This document shows positions 21,456-31,233 of a DNA stretch of 44,448 bases, one piece after another. This stretch comes from a virus (Duplodnaviria; Heunggongvirae; Uroviricota; Caudoviricetes). Below the pieces are notes generated by a model that ran no database searches, was not told the origin of the DNA, and saw only the letters and a program-made list of their open reading frames with translations. The first letter of the stretch is position 1. The number at the start of each line of letters is the position of its first letter. A program made the position numbers and the translations under genes. The DNA lies in IMG/VR virus record IMGVR_UViG_2851949629_000004. One strand, given 5' to 3'.

Positions 21456-23554
21456 AACCATCCTCCGGAAGTCAGCCAGGGGTTAACATCGTCAGTTACT
21501 GTTTTCTTCCGTTTTTGTTTTTTAACAGGCGTGGATACCGGTTCCGGTGAGGGTGACGGTTCGGTACTGTCCGGGACACACTCCAGCCAGGTTTCCCGGC
21601 TCGCCCACTCCGGTGCATCCGGCCAGCGGATCTTTTCGTATCCATGCAGAATGACCAGAGCCTCGGCATACACCATCAGGTCAAAAGCTTCGTTGGCACC
21701 GCGACCCGGCTTACTCCATTTCCCGTCACTACTCCGCTCTTCATACGTCAGTTCGTCGTAAAACCAGCTCCCCAGCCAGTCAGGGAAATGCACATAGCCG
21801 GGACCTGGAGAGTCACGCCATAACGCATTATTCACCCGGTCTTTCAGGGCATCCGTCTGAAGAAGCCAGAGCGGCACATCACCTGCGGCCTGCGCCCGTC
21901 GGCCCGTTCGTCCGGTGTTATCAGGGAATGTACGGGTGATCAGTTTTGCGCGCCGGATGCTGTCGCCCTTAAACAGGTAAATACGTTTACCAAGGCCATC
22001 ACGACGGCAACGACGCCAGAATTTATAGGCATTATCAGTGACCCCGTCTTCACCGCCGGAGTCCACCGCCATTGCCATCAGTCGCATTTGTTGAGAAGGA
22101 TCGGAGGCCAGCGGCCAGCTTTTATGAAAAACATCCGTCAGCAGGACATCCCAGTCTTCCGGATAGCTGGCCGGATCAATTCGCTGGCTCTCCCCGTCGC
22201 TGTCACCGCGCAATGACTGCGTGATGTTGTAACGATCAATAATCCAGCGTTCGCCACGGCTGCCATAGCCCGTTACCTGAACCACAAAACGGCGATGACG
22301 TCCCGCCTGCACATCAACTGTCGCCACCAGGAAATTAACGCCATCCGGCACACTGCGGGAAGGAACTGGCTCTGCCCGCTGCTCAAGCAGTTCACTTTTT
22401 CGTTGCTCCATGCTGGCACGGGGAAGATAAGGTAATCCCCAGTCGGTATTGATAACCGTCTTGAGTGTTTCTTCACTTCCGGTTGTCTCGTATTCCTGTT
22501 CTGCAGTAAGCAGTTTGTAAACGAGTTGCGAGAGTGTCTGGTAAGCAGCTGCCGGACCCTCCATCCAGAATGACGCAATACGTGAGCGTCGGGGATCACC
22601 ATAACGACTGCCATCCGCATTGATGGATTCACCATCCCGCAACCAGACCCCACGTCCGTTCAGCTCACGTTTTTGTTCAGGCATAATCCGTCCTGAACAG
22701 GAAGGACACTGAATATAAGCCGCCTCACTTGCCAGCACGGGATCGGCAATATCACGGAAACCAGCAACCACATCGCCGCAGGGCTGAAAATACTCACCAC
22801 AGTGTGGACAGGGCCAGTACCAGCGACGGCGATCGCCACGGTTATAGAGCGACAGTATCCCCGTGGTTGGTGGAGCCTCATGCGGTGAAGTCCGTCGCCA
22901 TTTCACATCCTTCACATCCCTGCCGGGGGAACTCTCCACCAGCGTCATACCACTGGACATAAATGTGGTGGTACGTTTTGAGGCAAGAGAGAAGGCATCC
23001 CCCTCGCCATCAATATCTTCCGGAAAACGGTCATAATCCGTCAGCGCCACGCATTTATAATCTGATGAGGACATGATATTGACTGACGGCCAGCCGATTT
23101 TCAGGTAGTTGCCAGCAAGGAATGTTCTGTCATAAACGTTGTTGTCATTTTTGTTCGGACTCAGGCGACTGACCACTTCCGGGCTGACGCGAAACGTTCT
23201 GGCAAGTCGTTTTTTGGAGTGTTCGCGGGCTTTTTCCTCCGTCATCTGAATGATCAGCATATCAGCAGGATCGCAAATCACATTGTAAATCACCCAGCCG
23301 TCAATCAGGCCGATAGTCTTGCCAGTTCGTGCCGGGCCAACAAATATCACTGCGTCGTATTCACGCGAGGCCAGGCAGTTCATCGGCTCAATAACATACG
23401 GTGCCACCAGCGGATCCCACGGGACTGAATTCCCGGCCCCCATGGGCACCCGCATATACTGAGCAACGGCATCAGCAACCAGCATTCGTCTCGGTGCGCG
23501 AAGGATATAACCTGAATCGGTTCGTGCTGCCTTTGCGGTTTCCTGATTCAGCAT
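21452..23554 (-). CDS. terminase large subunit (GpA family)
   Basis: 700-aa ORF with Walker-A-like GPARTGKT and Cys-rich zinc-finger-like segment CPHCGEY...CPSC; start overlaps small subunit stop. Confidence 0.95.
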   Translation of the reverse strand: MLNQETAKAARTDSGYILRAPRRMLVADAVAQYMRVPMGAGNSVPWDPLVAPYVIEPMNCLASREYDAVIFVGPARTGKTIGLIDGWVIYNVICDPADMLIIQMTEEKAREHSKKRLARTFRVSPEVVSRLSPNKNDNNVYDRTFLAGNYLKIGWPSVNIMSSSDYKCVALTDYDRFPEDIDGEGDAFSLASKRTTTFMSSGMTLVESSPGRDVKDVKWRRTSPHEAPPTTGILSLYNRGDRRRWYWPCPHCGEYFQPCGDVVAGFRDIADPVLASEAAYIQCPSCSGRIMPEQKRELNGRGVWLRDGESINADGSRYGDPRRSRIASFWMEGPAAAYQTLSQLVYKLLTAEQEYETTGSEETLKTVINTDWGLPYLPRASMEQRKSELLEQRAEPVPSRSVPDGVNFLVATVDVQAGRHRRFVVQVTGYGSRGERWIIDRYNITQSLRGDSDGESQRIDPASYPEDWDVLLTDVFHKSWPLASDPSQQMRLMAMAVDSGGEDGVTDNAYKFWRRCRRDGLGKRIYLFKGDSIRRAKLITRTFPDNTGRTGRRAQAAGDVPLWLLQTDALKDRVNNALWRDSPGPGYVHFPDWLGSWFYDELTYEERSSDGKWSKPGRGANEAFDLMVYAEALVILHGYEKIRWPDAPEWASRETWLECVPDSTEPSPSPEPVSTPVKKQKRKKTVTDDVNPWLTSGGWL

Positions 23555-24045
23555 TACTCCTCCTGCTGTAATTCCTCCTCATCATCCGCACCTGCTTCGG
23601 TCACCCGCAGGGCTATCTGATCGCGCAGATCATCAATAATGGACTGAACACGGCTCACAGCGGCAGGCTGCAGGCCGCAGTCACGTTCCAGAATATCCGG
23701 TAATGTCTCCAGCACCTGCACGACCGCTTTTGCCCAGATGGCAAACTCCCGTCTGACATCACTGGCCGGAATGAGTTGTGCCGTTTCCTGTTCGAACTTA
23801 AGACGCTCACGTTCAGACTGATACCAGGCTTTGCGTTCATGTGGATCCATTTCGCCCTCAGCAACCGGCGGTGGTAACCCCATAAATTCAGTCAGAATAT
23901 CGGTCAACCGGTATAGCTTGAGTTTGTCATGTCCACCAGCGGGACGAATGTTTTTCAGTCTTGCCACGACAGTCTGGCGGTGCAGACCAGATAAAGCCGC
24001 CAGTTGATTAATATTCAGCACCAGGTTTTTCAACTCATGATCCAT
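23554..24045 (-). CDS. terminase small subunit (Nu1-like)
   Basis: 163-aa ORF with N-terminal HTH-like region (NINQLAALSGLHRQTVVARLKN) and acidic C-terminus; GGAGGA SD; immediately downstream of cos-like region. Confidence 0.75.
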   Translation of the reverse strand: MDHELKNLVLNINQLAALSGLHRQTVVARLKNIRPAGGHDKLKLYRLTDILTEFMGLPPPVAEGEMDPHERKAWYQSERERLKFEQETAQLIPASDVRREFAIWAKAVVQVLETLPDILERDCGLQPAAVSRVQSIIDDLRDQIALRVTEAGADDEEELQQEE

Positions 24046-24098
24046 ATTTCCTCCGGAGAGCTTTAAACATGCATCGTGCGAACAACTTTAAGAAAACG

Positions 24099-24134
24099 CG
24101 TTCGATGTCGAACAAAAAACACTCAATTCGACAT
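24099..24134 (-). repeat. cluster of inverted TCGA(A/C) repeats upstream of terminase small subunit (cosB-like candidate)
   Basis: GTTCGA-TG-TCGAAC palindrome at 24100..24113 and inverted TTCGACAT at 24127..24134. Confidence 0.35.
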
Positions 24135-24214
24135 ACAAAAAACAAATAATCATTAATAATCAATAAGATGTAAAGATGATGGTGGCCGATAAAAATGCAA
24201 AAACTAGCCTTTTT

Positions 24215-24236
24215 CCGCGACGCTCCCGCCCCGTGG
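24215..24236 (-). other. candidate cosN cohesive-end site
   Basis: Minus strand reads ACGGGGCGGGAGCGTCGCGG followed by an A/T-rich stretch, resembling the lambda left end GGGCGGCGACCTCGCGGG (recalled from memory); about 170 nt upstream of terminase small subunit. Confidence 0.45.
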
Positions 24237-24860
24237 CAGGCCACCCCACCGGGAGGACCCGTCAGCCTGACAGCCATGACGAACGTCTGATACAGCACCC
24301 TGCATGAATGGCATCGGGATAATCCAGAAAGGAATAGCATCGTACCCACAAGAATCTGTGTGAGTGTCCTGTTTCTTCCACCCCCGCACAGGACTGGCGA
24401 GCATGAGGGACAAACCCGCGAATCATTAGCGCGGTAAAAACCCGGTGTGCATCGTTTTTGATTATTCCCGCACACTCTCGCAGAAGGAGTTCCCCGTCGG
24501 GCTACGGTCTCTGTTAATACGGGAATACGGCGACGATACAGCGCATGATGTGTCAGGCTTGAATACCTTTATCCGTTAAAAGGGATATCAGTTAAGTTAT
24601 CCCGTGTAGGGTATAAGCCATTATCAAAGCCACTCTGTAGGGAGTGGCTTTTGTAATGGCAATAAAAAGCCCCGCGAATACGAGGCTAAATCCTGGTATT
24701 TGTAATGACTGGCTCTTATCTCAACGCAGCCCCTTACCGCGCGCAAGATGCTCAATATCAAGCATCAGCAATGAGATGTTTAATCTGGATTCACTCCAGA
24801 AGTGATCACCACCCTGTCTACAGAGCCAGATGTGAAGGATGATAAGTAAAATTATCGCTA

Positions 24861-25328
24861 TCATCGAAGGCATTGCGTCCTGATGTATTCCTGAAGCGTT
24901 CTCAGTGCTGTTTGGTCGCTGATGATTCCGTCCCGGATACTGAGAACGTTTCGTCCAGCAACTGGAGATAGTTCGACGGTGGCATCATTGCCCATGCCGG
25001 AGGCGCTGGAGGTTTCGGCTGAGGATGGCACAGGGCATTTTCCTTTGACGAACACCCGACCACCATTATCAAGCTTGCGCCGAAGAGCATCATTTTCAGC
25101 TTTCGCATCAGCTAACTCCTTCGTGTATTTAGCATCGAGTGCATCAGCAGAACGCTGGCGCTGCTGCATGTCAGTAATGGTGGCGGTCGCCTGCTTCAGC
25201 TCACTGACTTTTTTATCTCGCTGTTCTTTGTAGGCGATGGCGTTATCACGGTAATGATTGACCGCCCACGACAGGCAGACGATGATGCAGATAACCAGAG
25301 CGGAGATAATCGCGGTTACTCTGCTCAT
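24861..25328 (-). CDS. Rz: i-spanin Rz
   Basis: ATG 25328 overlaps R stop (ATGA); [31 protein letters not shown] with N-terminal TM helix and coiled-coil. Confidence 0.85.
   Translation of the reverse strand: MSRVTAIISALVICIIVCLSWAVNHYRDNAIAYKEQRDKKVSELKQATATITDMQQRQRSADALDAKYTKELADAKAENDALRRKLDNGGRVFVKGKCPVPSSAETSSASGMGNDATVELSPVAGRNVLSIRDGIISDQTALRTLQEYIRTQCLR
24902..25108 (-). CDS. Rz1: o-spanin Rz1 (lipoprotein embedded in Rz in +1 frame)
   Basis: 68-aa ORF wholly inside Rz; lipobox LIMVVGC and Pro-rich [11 protein letters not shown]. Confidence 0.7.
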   Translation of the reverse strand: MRKLKMMLFGASLIMVVGCSSKENALCHPQPKPPAPPAWAMMPPSNYLQLLDETFSVSGTESSATKQH

Positions 25329-25822
25329 TGTTGCCCCCACAAACAGACTTCACGCTCAATCTCACGACGAGTCATCAGGCCTTTCCATTGCTTACCGCCA
25401 GCGTATGTCCAGCGACGTAGCTGGTCACATGCGCCTTTGATATCGCCCTGGTTTATTTTGCGAAGAAGCGTCGATGTTCTGAAATTGCCAGCACCCACGT
25501 TGTAGACGAACGAGTAAAGAGCGCCGCGCGTTGTTTCCGGTATATCGACTTTGATGTACGGGTTAATTTGTCTGGCGACCGTGGCAAGGTCTTTATTCAG
25601 GAGGGCTTTGCATTCTGCTTTGGTATACGTTTTACCGAGCATGATGTCTTTTCCGGTGTGTCCGTGACATACAGTCCATACGCCAACGATATCTTTGTAT
25701 GGTATGTAGCTGACACCTTCCAGGCCATCGTCACCACTTGGGCCAGTGATTAACACTGATGCTATAGCAATTGCTCCGCCACCAATAGCAGCAGCAACTG
25801 CTTTTCGTAATGATGGAGGCAT
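25325..25822 (-). CDS. R: SAR endolysin (T4-lysozyme-like, phage-21 R type)
   Basis: 165-aa ORF with Gly/Ala-rich N-terminal signal-anchor-release segment ([18 protein letters not shown]); start overlaps S stop. Confidence 0.9.
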   Translation of the reverse strand: MPPSLRKAVAAAIGGGAIAIASVLITGPSGDDGLEGVSYIPYKDIVGVWTVCHGHTGKDIMLGKTYTKAECKALLNKDLATVARQINPYIKVDIPETTRGALYSFVYNVGAGNFRTSTLLRKINQGDIKGACDQLRRWTYAGGKQWKGLMTRREIEREVCLWGQQ

Positions 25823-26037
25823 TATTCACCTCTCGCAGCCTTGCGCTTATCTTCTTTAATCTTGAAATAAAGGTTTGTCAGGTACGTCAGCAGGCCAAAT
25901 ACCAGGCTACCCAGCACACCTATTGCTGCCCACTGTGAGGGCGTGACTTTATCGAGCAGCTGTAAAAACCAGTAACCGGCACTACCTGCTGAGGTGCCAT
26001 AGGCGACACCCGTTGTTAACTTATCCATGGATTTCAT
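25822..26037 (-). CDS. S: pinholin S (phage-21 type) with dual-start motif
   Basis: 71-aa [29 protein letters not shown]... with Met1 and Met4 as in S21; two TM segments; GAGGTGGGG SD. Confidence 0.9.
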
Positions 26038-26070
26038 AACCCCACCTCGCAGATGCGGGTGCTGTGTAAT

Positions 26071-26095
26071 GGAAATAAAAAGGCCACCTGCGTGG
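26071..26095 (-). terminator. intrinsic terminator between methyltransferase gene and S
   Basis: Minus-strand RNA: stem GGCCAC / GUGGCC (6 bp, loop 4 nt) followed by UUUUUAUUU. Confidence 0.5.
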
Positions 26096-26103
26096 CCACC
26101 AGA

Positions 26104-27156
26104 TTATTTCCCCACCAGCTCGTTTATCTCTTTCACTGTCTGGTTAAACCGCTCTGACTCAAGCTCAACACCTAAGGCCCGACGCCCCAGCGCCATTGCT
26201 GCTTTTATTGTGGAACCGGATCCCATAAAAAAATCAGCAACCAGATCACCAGGTCGACTACTGGCATTGATTATTTGCCTGAGCATATCCGCCGGTTTCT
26301 CACACGGATGTTTACCCGGGTAGAACTGAACGGGTTTATGCATCCAGACATCGGTATAAGGCACGGAGACTGATACGGAGAAATAGCGCCGGAGAGATTT
26401 AAACTCATCCAGCAATTCAGAATATTTGCGATTCAGTGAATCATAAGATGCCACCAGCTGGTGGTGTGGTTGTTCCAGTTGTTGTTCCTGAAACTTCTCT
26501 GCCGCTATACGGGAAAACAGTGCCTGTAACTTCCGATAGTCAGCCTCATTCGGCAACTGCCACTGACTGGCACCAAACCAGTGGGAAACCATATTTTTCT
26601 TACCTGTGGCTTCGGCAATTTGTTTTGCCGTTATACCCAGTTCGGCACGAGCATCCCTGAAATACGATATCAGCGGTGCCATTATGTGCTGTTTGAGTGC
26701 CCTTTCTTTTGCCGCATAGCCGTCACTTTTGCCGCGATATGGCCCCTGGTAATGTTCAGCAAACAGAACGCGCTCTGTGGCAGGAAAATATGCGCGCAGA
26801 CTTTCTTTATTACACCCATTCCAACGTCCGGACGGCTTCGCCCAGATGATATGGTTAAGCACGTTGAAACGTTCACGCATCATGATCTCAATATCAGATG
26901 CCAGGCGATGCCCACAGAACAGGTAAAGGCTTCCGGCAGGTTTTAACACCCGCCAGAACTGGGCCAGACAGTGGTCCAGCCACTTAAGGTAATCTTCGTC
27001 CCCTTTCCACTGATTGTCCCAGCCGTTGGGTTTCACCTTGAAGTACGGCGGATCGGTAACAATCAGGTCAATGGAATCATCAGGCAGGGACTGAATAAAA
27101 TGCAGGCAATCAGCGTTGATTAAATCAACACTGTTTATTTTTACAGTATTTTTCAT
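26104..27156 (-). CDS. DNA methyltransferase, beta-class (N6-adenine or N4-cytosine)
   Basis: 350-aa ORF; DPPY motif IV near N-terminus (IDLIVTDPPYFKV) and AdoMet motif I near C-terminus (VADFFMGSGST); no adjacent endonuclease-sized ORF. Confidence 0.85.
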   Translation of the reverse strand: MKNTVKINSVDLINADCLHFIQSLPDDSIDLIVTDPPYFKVKPNGWDNQWKGDEDYLKWLDHCLAQFWRVLKPAGSLYLFCGHRLASDIEIMMRERFNVLNHIIWAKPSGRWNGCNKESLRAYFPATERVLFAEHYQGPYRGKSDGYAAKERALKQHIMAPLISYFRDARAELGITAKQIAEATGKKNMVSHWFGASQWQLPNEADYRKLQALFSRIAAEKFQEQQLEQPHHQLVASYDSLNRKYSELLDEFKSLRRYFSVSVSVPYTDVWMHKPVQFYPGKHPCEKPADMLRQIINASSRPGDLVADFFMGSGSTIKAAMALGRRALGVELESERFNQTVKEINELVGK

Positions 27157-27306
27157 GGATCAGTAAGCGTAACTCTGGTAGGCTCACTCTGCTTTTGCGC
27201 TAAAGCAGTGGGCCGTGGTTCGCTTGTGACCAGTAAGCATGAGCGAATGGCTGGCAGGTGCTACCAACACCCACCAGCCGCCCATTTTCACAGCAGGAAA
27301 CCGCCA

Positions 27307-27510
27307 TTACTGGCAGCGTCTGAATTTATTCCCGTACCCGCCGTTATCCTTCGCCAGACCCGCCAGAACTAACTGAGTCAGTATTAACTGGCACCGGGCT
27401 TCGCTTACTCCGGTAGTTCTCGTCATCATGCGTGGCGTTACCCACTTGTCAGCAGGTAAGAAATGAAGGACTGCTGCGGCGGTTTCTGTCATATCTTGCT
27501 GTTTTAGCAT
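27307..27510 (-). CDS. small hypothetical protein (about 67 aa), possibly DNA-binding
   Basis: ATG 27510 (MLKQQDMTET...) has AAGGGA SD; track start 27534 lacks SD; no family recognised. Confidence 0.4.
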   Translation of the reverse strand: MLKQQDMTETAAAVLHFLPADKWVTPRMMTRTTGVSEARCQLILTQLVLAGLAKDNGGYGNKFRRCQ

Positions 27511-27632
27511 GTCTTTTTCCCTTCTGGTTAACATGACATACCAATAACTCTTGTCTAAAAAGCCAGCAAGATAAAAAGTCAGTATTCACGACCACCAGCG
27601 TGTTTACTGTACTGCACCAGGTTTACAGGTAC

Positions 27633-27654
27633 AAAAAAACCGCTCAGCGGCGGG
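27633..27654 (-). terminator. weak terminator-like hairpin in Q-S interval
   Basis: Minus-strand RNA CCGC-UGA-GCGG (4-bp GC stem) followed by U7. Confidence 0.3.
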
Positions 27655-27780
27655 TTTAAGTTGTGTGGCGAAGTAACCACTCTTAACAGCATATTTGATT
27701 TTTTACGATTGTAAACGGTTGATTATTCATCTCCAATAAAAATAATTGTGTGGGTATGCCCTTAACAATGGATAAGAAAC

Positions 27781-28227
27781 ATGAATAAAATGACTGTATT
27801 ATTACTTAGCGCAACTATCATTTCAGGTTGTACTTCTTCCGTACCATTGATAAAGAAAACTCAATCAGGAAAACCTGAGGGGGTTTATCAAAATACGACA
27901 AAAGATAAAGTCAAAGATGCCCTTGTGAATTACTGCAATAGTAGAGGGTTGATAATTTACAACGCGGATAACAGCAGTGTTATATGTGGTAAAGAACTGG
28001 AAGGCGGGTCTGCTGTTTTTGGACAAATGTTAATCGGCAATGCCTATTCAACAACCCCGGTATCAAAAGTCAGATTTACTATCGCTCAAGTTAATAACGA
28101 TACAAAAGTGTGGGCCGATATGTGGATGGAAACTCAAATGGCAATGGGGCAAGTACAACAAATGGCTATAACAGACAACGCAAGCAAAAACACTATCCAA
28201 CAACGTCTTGATGAATTAAAACCTTAA
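27781..28227 (+). CDS. AT-rich lipoprotein of unknown function (moron on the opposite strand to the late operon)
   Basis: 148-aa ORF MNKMTVLLLSATIISGCTSS: signal peptide plus lipobox ISGC; local DNA markedly AT-rich; candidate promoter TTGATT-16-AATAAT upstream; convergent with Q. Confidence 0.7.
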   Translation: MNKMTVLLLSATIISGCTSSVPLIKKTQSGKPEGVYQNTTKDKVKDALVNYCNSRGLIIYNADNSSVICGKELEGGSAVFGQMLIGNAYSTTPVSKVRFTIAQVNNDTKVWADMWMETQMAMGQVQQMAITDNASKNTIQQRLDELKP

Positions 28228-28246
28228 GTAAATTAATTAAATAAAA

Positions 28247-28270
28247 TGGGGAGAATAAATCGGCTCCCCA
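28247..28270 (-). terminator. hairpin downstream of Q between convergent genes
   Basis: Stem GGGGAG / CUCCCC with 10-nt loop; on the minus strand followed by UUUUAUUUAAUU; 42 nt after Q stop. Confidence 0.4.
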
Positions 28271-28311
28271 CACATTAAACTGATTCAATTACCCCCTCAA
28301 TAAGAGGTCTT

Positions 28312-28677
28312 CTAACGATCCATCTCTAGCTCAATTTCTAACATCATTAACATGCCATCAACTACACCTTCAGCCTTTTGCAATAAACGCCCAACCCAGC
28401 AATCAGAACGCCCATGTTTACGGGCAAGCGCCATAAACGTCATACCACCTACATAATAATCCACTAATAAATCGTGCAAATCGCTGTTGTTCTTTTTCAG
28501 GCGAGCCATGCATCCACAAATGATCATCGCGTCATCGTCACAACATTGCGGGCGGGATTTTACTTTTGAAGGGATTAGTCCTTTAAATCCTGCAGCAATA
28601 GACGACCAAGTGACATCCTCGTGATTATTTGCCACCCATGCCCCCCAACGTTCAAGAACCATTTGAATATCACGCAT
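28312..28677 (-). CDS. Q: late-gene antiterminator Q (phage-82 / QuuD-like)
   Basis: ATG 28677 gives [34 protein letters not shown]..., matching the recalled DLP12 QuuD N-terminus; track start 28692 is TTG. Confidence 0.85.
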   Translation of the reverse strand: MRDIQMVLERWGAWVANNHEDVTWSSIAAGFKGLIPSKVKSRPQCCDDDAMIICGCMARLKKNNSDLHDLLVDYYVGGMTFMALARKHGRSDCWVGRLLQKAEGVVDGMLMMLEIELEMDR

Positions 28678-28694
28678 CAACTTTCTCCACAAAA

Positions 28695-29690
28695 TCAGGC
28701 CAGCACGCCAATTGCCAGCGCACGATCGATAAAACGAAATATCAGCTCCAGCTGGGAGCCATACTTCTCTTCAAATGCCACGGTATCCGCATGCAGCTCG
28801 TCGTGATGCTTTCTGCACAAAGGCAACACAAAAAGGTCATGCGCTTTTGTACCCATTCCACCCTGACCGTGGCCTATCAGGTGGTGGGGATCATCAGCAG
28901 GCTTTCCACAACATGCACACGGCTGTGTCTTAACCCAGCGCGTGTACTTTTCATTAACCCAGCGGCGGCGTTTTGGGCGTAACATAAAAGACTCCGGCGA
29001 CTCCGGATCCACTTTCAGCGCCAGCACCTTTTTCGCTTTATCCTGGATGATGCTGGTGGCAGGAACCGAAGGCACAAGGTCACTTTCCCGGGTGACAGAC
29101 GGCACAACAGGCTTCGGTAATCTCAGTGCCTTACGGGCTGCACTTTCCGGTAAGGCATCCGCCAGGTCATTACGAATCAGCCACCAGCACAGTTCCGGCA
29201 TTGTCACAACGTGACTGTCATCAAAACCGAGATCCCGACGCACAACAGACAACACCCAGCGGGCACAGTTATCCGTTGCCATTGATTCCAGCCGTTCCGT
29301 GAACTGATCGCGCAGCTGGTTATCGCAGTGCCAGCACAGACGGATTGCACCCGGAGCGTGTCGCATTGTGGTCATGTTCTCGCTGTGCCAGTCGGAATGA
29401 GGCCACTGGCAGCCTTTTTCACGAAGTAACCAGCTTTCAAGACATTCCACGCCACCAGCACGACGGATCACTGCCTCATTGCGGAACACGGCCCGAACGG
29501 CAGGATCATCCGCCAGCGGTTGTGATGCCGCCGGAACGGCACCACTAGCGAAAGATGAATAACGTTCCGGCTCAGGCTCCAGCAGGACACGCCCCTGCAT
29601 AAACAGGGGCATCAGCTCTGAACCTGGCCTGAACAATACGATCCCCATACGCGGGGCAATTTCAGGGGTCAGTAGTGCTCTCACGGTCAC
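28695..29690 (-). CDS. prophage protein with C-terminal Cys/His cluster (DUF968-like, YdfU-type)
   Basis: 331-aa ORF, GTG start overlapping upstream stop (internal ATG possible); C-terminal [13 protein letters not shown]...CRKHHDELH motif. Confidence 0.6.
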   Translation of the reverse strand: MTVRALLTPEIAPRMGIVLFRPGSELMPLFMQGRVLLEPEPERYSSFASGAVPAASQPLADDPAVRAVFRNEAVIRRAGGVECLESWLLREKGCQWPHSDWHSENMTTMRHAPGAIRLCWHCDNQLRDQFTERLESMATDNCARWVLSVVRRDLGFDDSHVVTMPELCWWLIRNDLADALPESAARKALRLPKPVVPSVTRESDLVPSVPATSIIQDKAKKVLALKVDPESPESFMLRPKRRRWVNEKYTRWVKTQPCACCGKPADDPHHLIGHGQGGMGTKAHDLFVLPLCRKHHDELHADTVAFEEKYGSQLELIFRFIDRALAIGVLA

Positions 29691-29691
29691 C

Positions 29692-30501
29692 TCAATGAAC
29701 GGTATCGAGCAGCTTTAACAGCTCAGGGAATCGGGATTCGAAGAAATGCGGCTGCGTCTCGCGCGGATTTGCGGGACTGGTGATGTTCTTGCCGAACATG
29801 CAGCCTTTCGCCGTCAGCGACCAGAATTTTTTGATGTTGTTAATCCCGGTACGGCTGTATCGTTCGCGCTGCTCGACGATCCCCAGCTTCACCATCTGGT
29901 GATATGCCTGATTAGCCGTCAGGCGGATACCATACTGTTTCAGCAGTGCACTCAGTGACAGTGTCGGGCGACTTGAGCCATCGTGTGCATCAGCAGGAGC
30001 ATCAATGGCATAGCGCGGTGCCAGATTCGGTAAGCCAACAGCCTCCTGGAGTTTCTGACAGGCACCAAGCACTGAAGAGTTAGACAGGTTTAACTCCCTG
30101 CGCATAAAGTCCAGCAGAATCACGCCAGCCTGCATCTTGTCAGCAGCCTGTCCGGATAATTTTTCCGGTGTGCTGGTTACCATGTCGAAAGTACGGATCA
30201 CCTTCAGATGGAATGACGGGCTGATCCACATTGCATAGGCATACACCAGTTCCTTGCAGACATAAGTTCCCCGTTCATTTCCCCCATGAATCACACTCAC
30301 CGGGTCAACACCCAAATTCTGGGTGTTGGTCAATTCATGAACAAGTTCAACAGTTTGTTGGCTGGAAAGAAACTTTCCTGGCTCCTTGGTTCTGGCATTT
30401 GCACCAGATGCTACTGCTGCGCGATGCAGATCGTTCAGGCTGTAACGCCCATAAACATCACGACGAACTTCAATACCATCAATAACCATCAGATTATTCA
30501 T
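29692..30501 (-). CDS. KilA-N domain protein (putative antirepressor-like)
   Basis: 269-aa ORF; N-terminus MNNLMVIDGIEVRRDVYGRYSLNDLHRAA typical of KilA-N/ORF6N DNA-binding domains. Confidence 0.6.
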   Translation of the reverse strand: MNNLMVIDGIEVRRDVYGRYSLNDLHRAAVASGANARTKEPGKFLSSQQTVELVHELTNTQNLGVDPVSVIHGGNERGTYVCKELVYAYAMWISPSFHLKVIRTFDMVTSTPEKLSGQAADKMQAGVILLDFMRRELNLSNSSVLGACQKLQEAVGLPNLAPRYAIDAPADAHDGSSRPTLSLSALLKQYGIRLTANQAYHQMVKLGIVEQRERYSRTGINNIKKFWSLTAKGCMFGKNITSPANPRETQPHFFESRFPELLKLLDTVH

Positions 30502-30520
30502 ACTTCGTTTCTCCTCTTAA

Positions 30521-30910
30521 TCAGGCGGCTGCACCCGCCGGTTTCTCATACTTACTGATAGTGATCTCGACCTTCCCTTTCGGGATAACCGGTCCCCACT
30601 CCACCAGCATTCTTTTCACCTGTCTGTCGTCTTCCCACACACCCGCGTGGGTCAGGGCGTCAAACAGCGCCTTGTTATAGTTGTCCAGATCGCGGATCCG
30701 GTTATCCGGAGGAAACAACACGATCTCCACTGAAGCAGGTGCCGACGTTGGTTTCGGCAGACGACGTAACTGCTCAACTATTGCTGCGCACGCCGCGCTC
30801 TGAAATTTTCGCCCCGCCTCGCTTATCAGGCTCTTACCAGCAAATGCCCCTTTGTTGGGGTGTCGCCAGTACGTGTTCACACTGGGCGGGAAAGGAAGGA
30901 TCAACTTCAT
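30521..30910 (-). CDS. rusA: Holliday junction resolvase RusA
   Basis: 129-aa ORF with RusA-like motifs (FPPSVNTYWRH, DLDNYNKALFDALT). Confidence 0.85.
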   Translation of the reverse strand: MKLILPFPPSVNTYWRHPNKGAFAGKSLISEAGRKFQSAACAAIVEQLRRLPKPTSAPASVEIVLFPPDNRIRDLDNYNKALFDALTHAGVWEDDRQVKRMLVEWGPVIPKGKVEITISKYEKPAGAAA

Positions 30911-31233
30911 ACTTTCAGGCCCCTCTCATGTAACCAGTGGGCTGCACGCAACCTGGCGTTCTCCTCACCGGCAAGCAGTGCGCGGATGATACCGACCGCC
31001 TCGCTGTCGTCGTCCTTCACTGCGGTATGAAGCGTGATCCCCCGGGCCACGCCACGCTTTATCGTGATGACGCCTTTTTTCTCCAGTGCGCGAAGATGCT
31101 CCACCGCTGCATTCACTGAACGGTATCCCAGCATGGTTGCCACCTCCTGATTGGTTGGCGGAAAGCCACGCTCTTGCTGGTAAGAAATCAGCATATCCAG
31201 CACCTGCTGCTGGCATTGAGTTAACGTCGTCAT
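30907..31233 (-). CDS. winged-helix DNA-binding protein (LexA N-terminal-domain-like)
   Basis: 108-aa ORF; N-terminus resembles LexA DNA-binding domain; start overlaps upstream stop (ATGA). Confidence 0.5.
   Translation of the reverse strand: MTTLTQCQQQVLDMLISYQQERGFPPTNQEVATMLGYRSVNAAVEHLRALEKKGVITIKRGVARGITLHTAVKDDDSEAVGIIRALLAGEENARLRAAHWLHERGLKV

Noticed and set aside
24035..24475. 146-aa minus-strand ORF spanning the cos-like region
   Set aside because: Covers the cohesive-end and repeat elements upstream of terminase, starts inside the terminase small subunit gene region, has Cys/Arg-rich composition and no SD; treated as non-coding
26038..28311. Shiga-toxin or other toxin genes and tRNA genes in the Q-S interval
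   Set aside because: The ORFs here are a methyltransferase, a small ORF and a lipoprotein; nothing resembles stxA/stxB, and I could not recognise any tRNA cloverleaf by eye; a tRNA scan would be needed to exclude one fully
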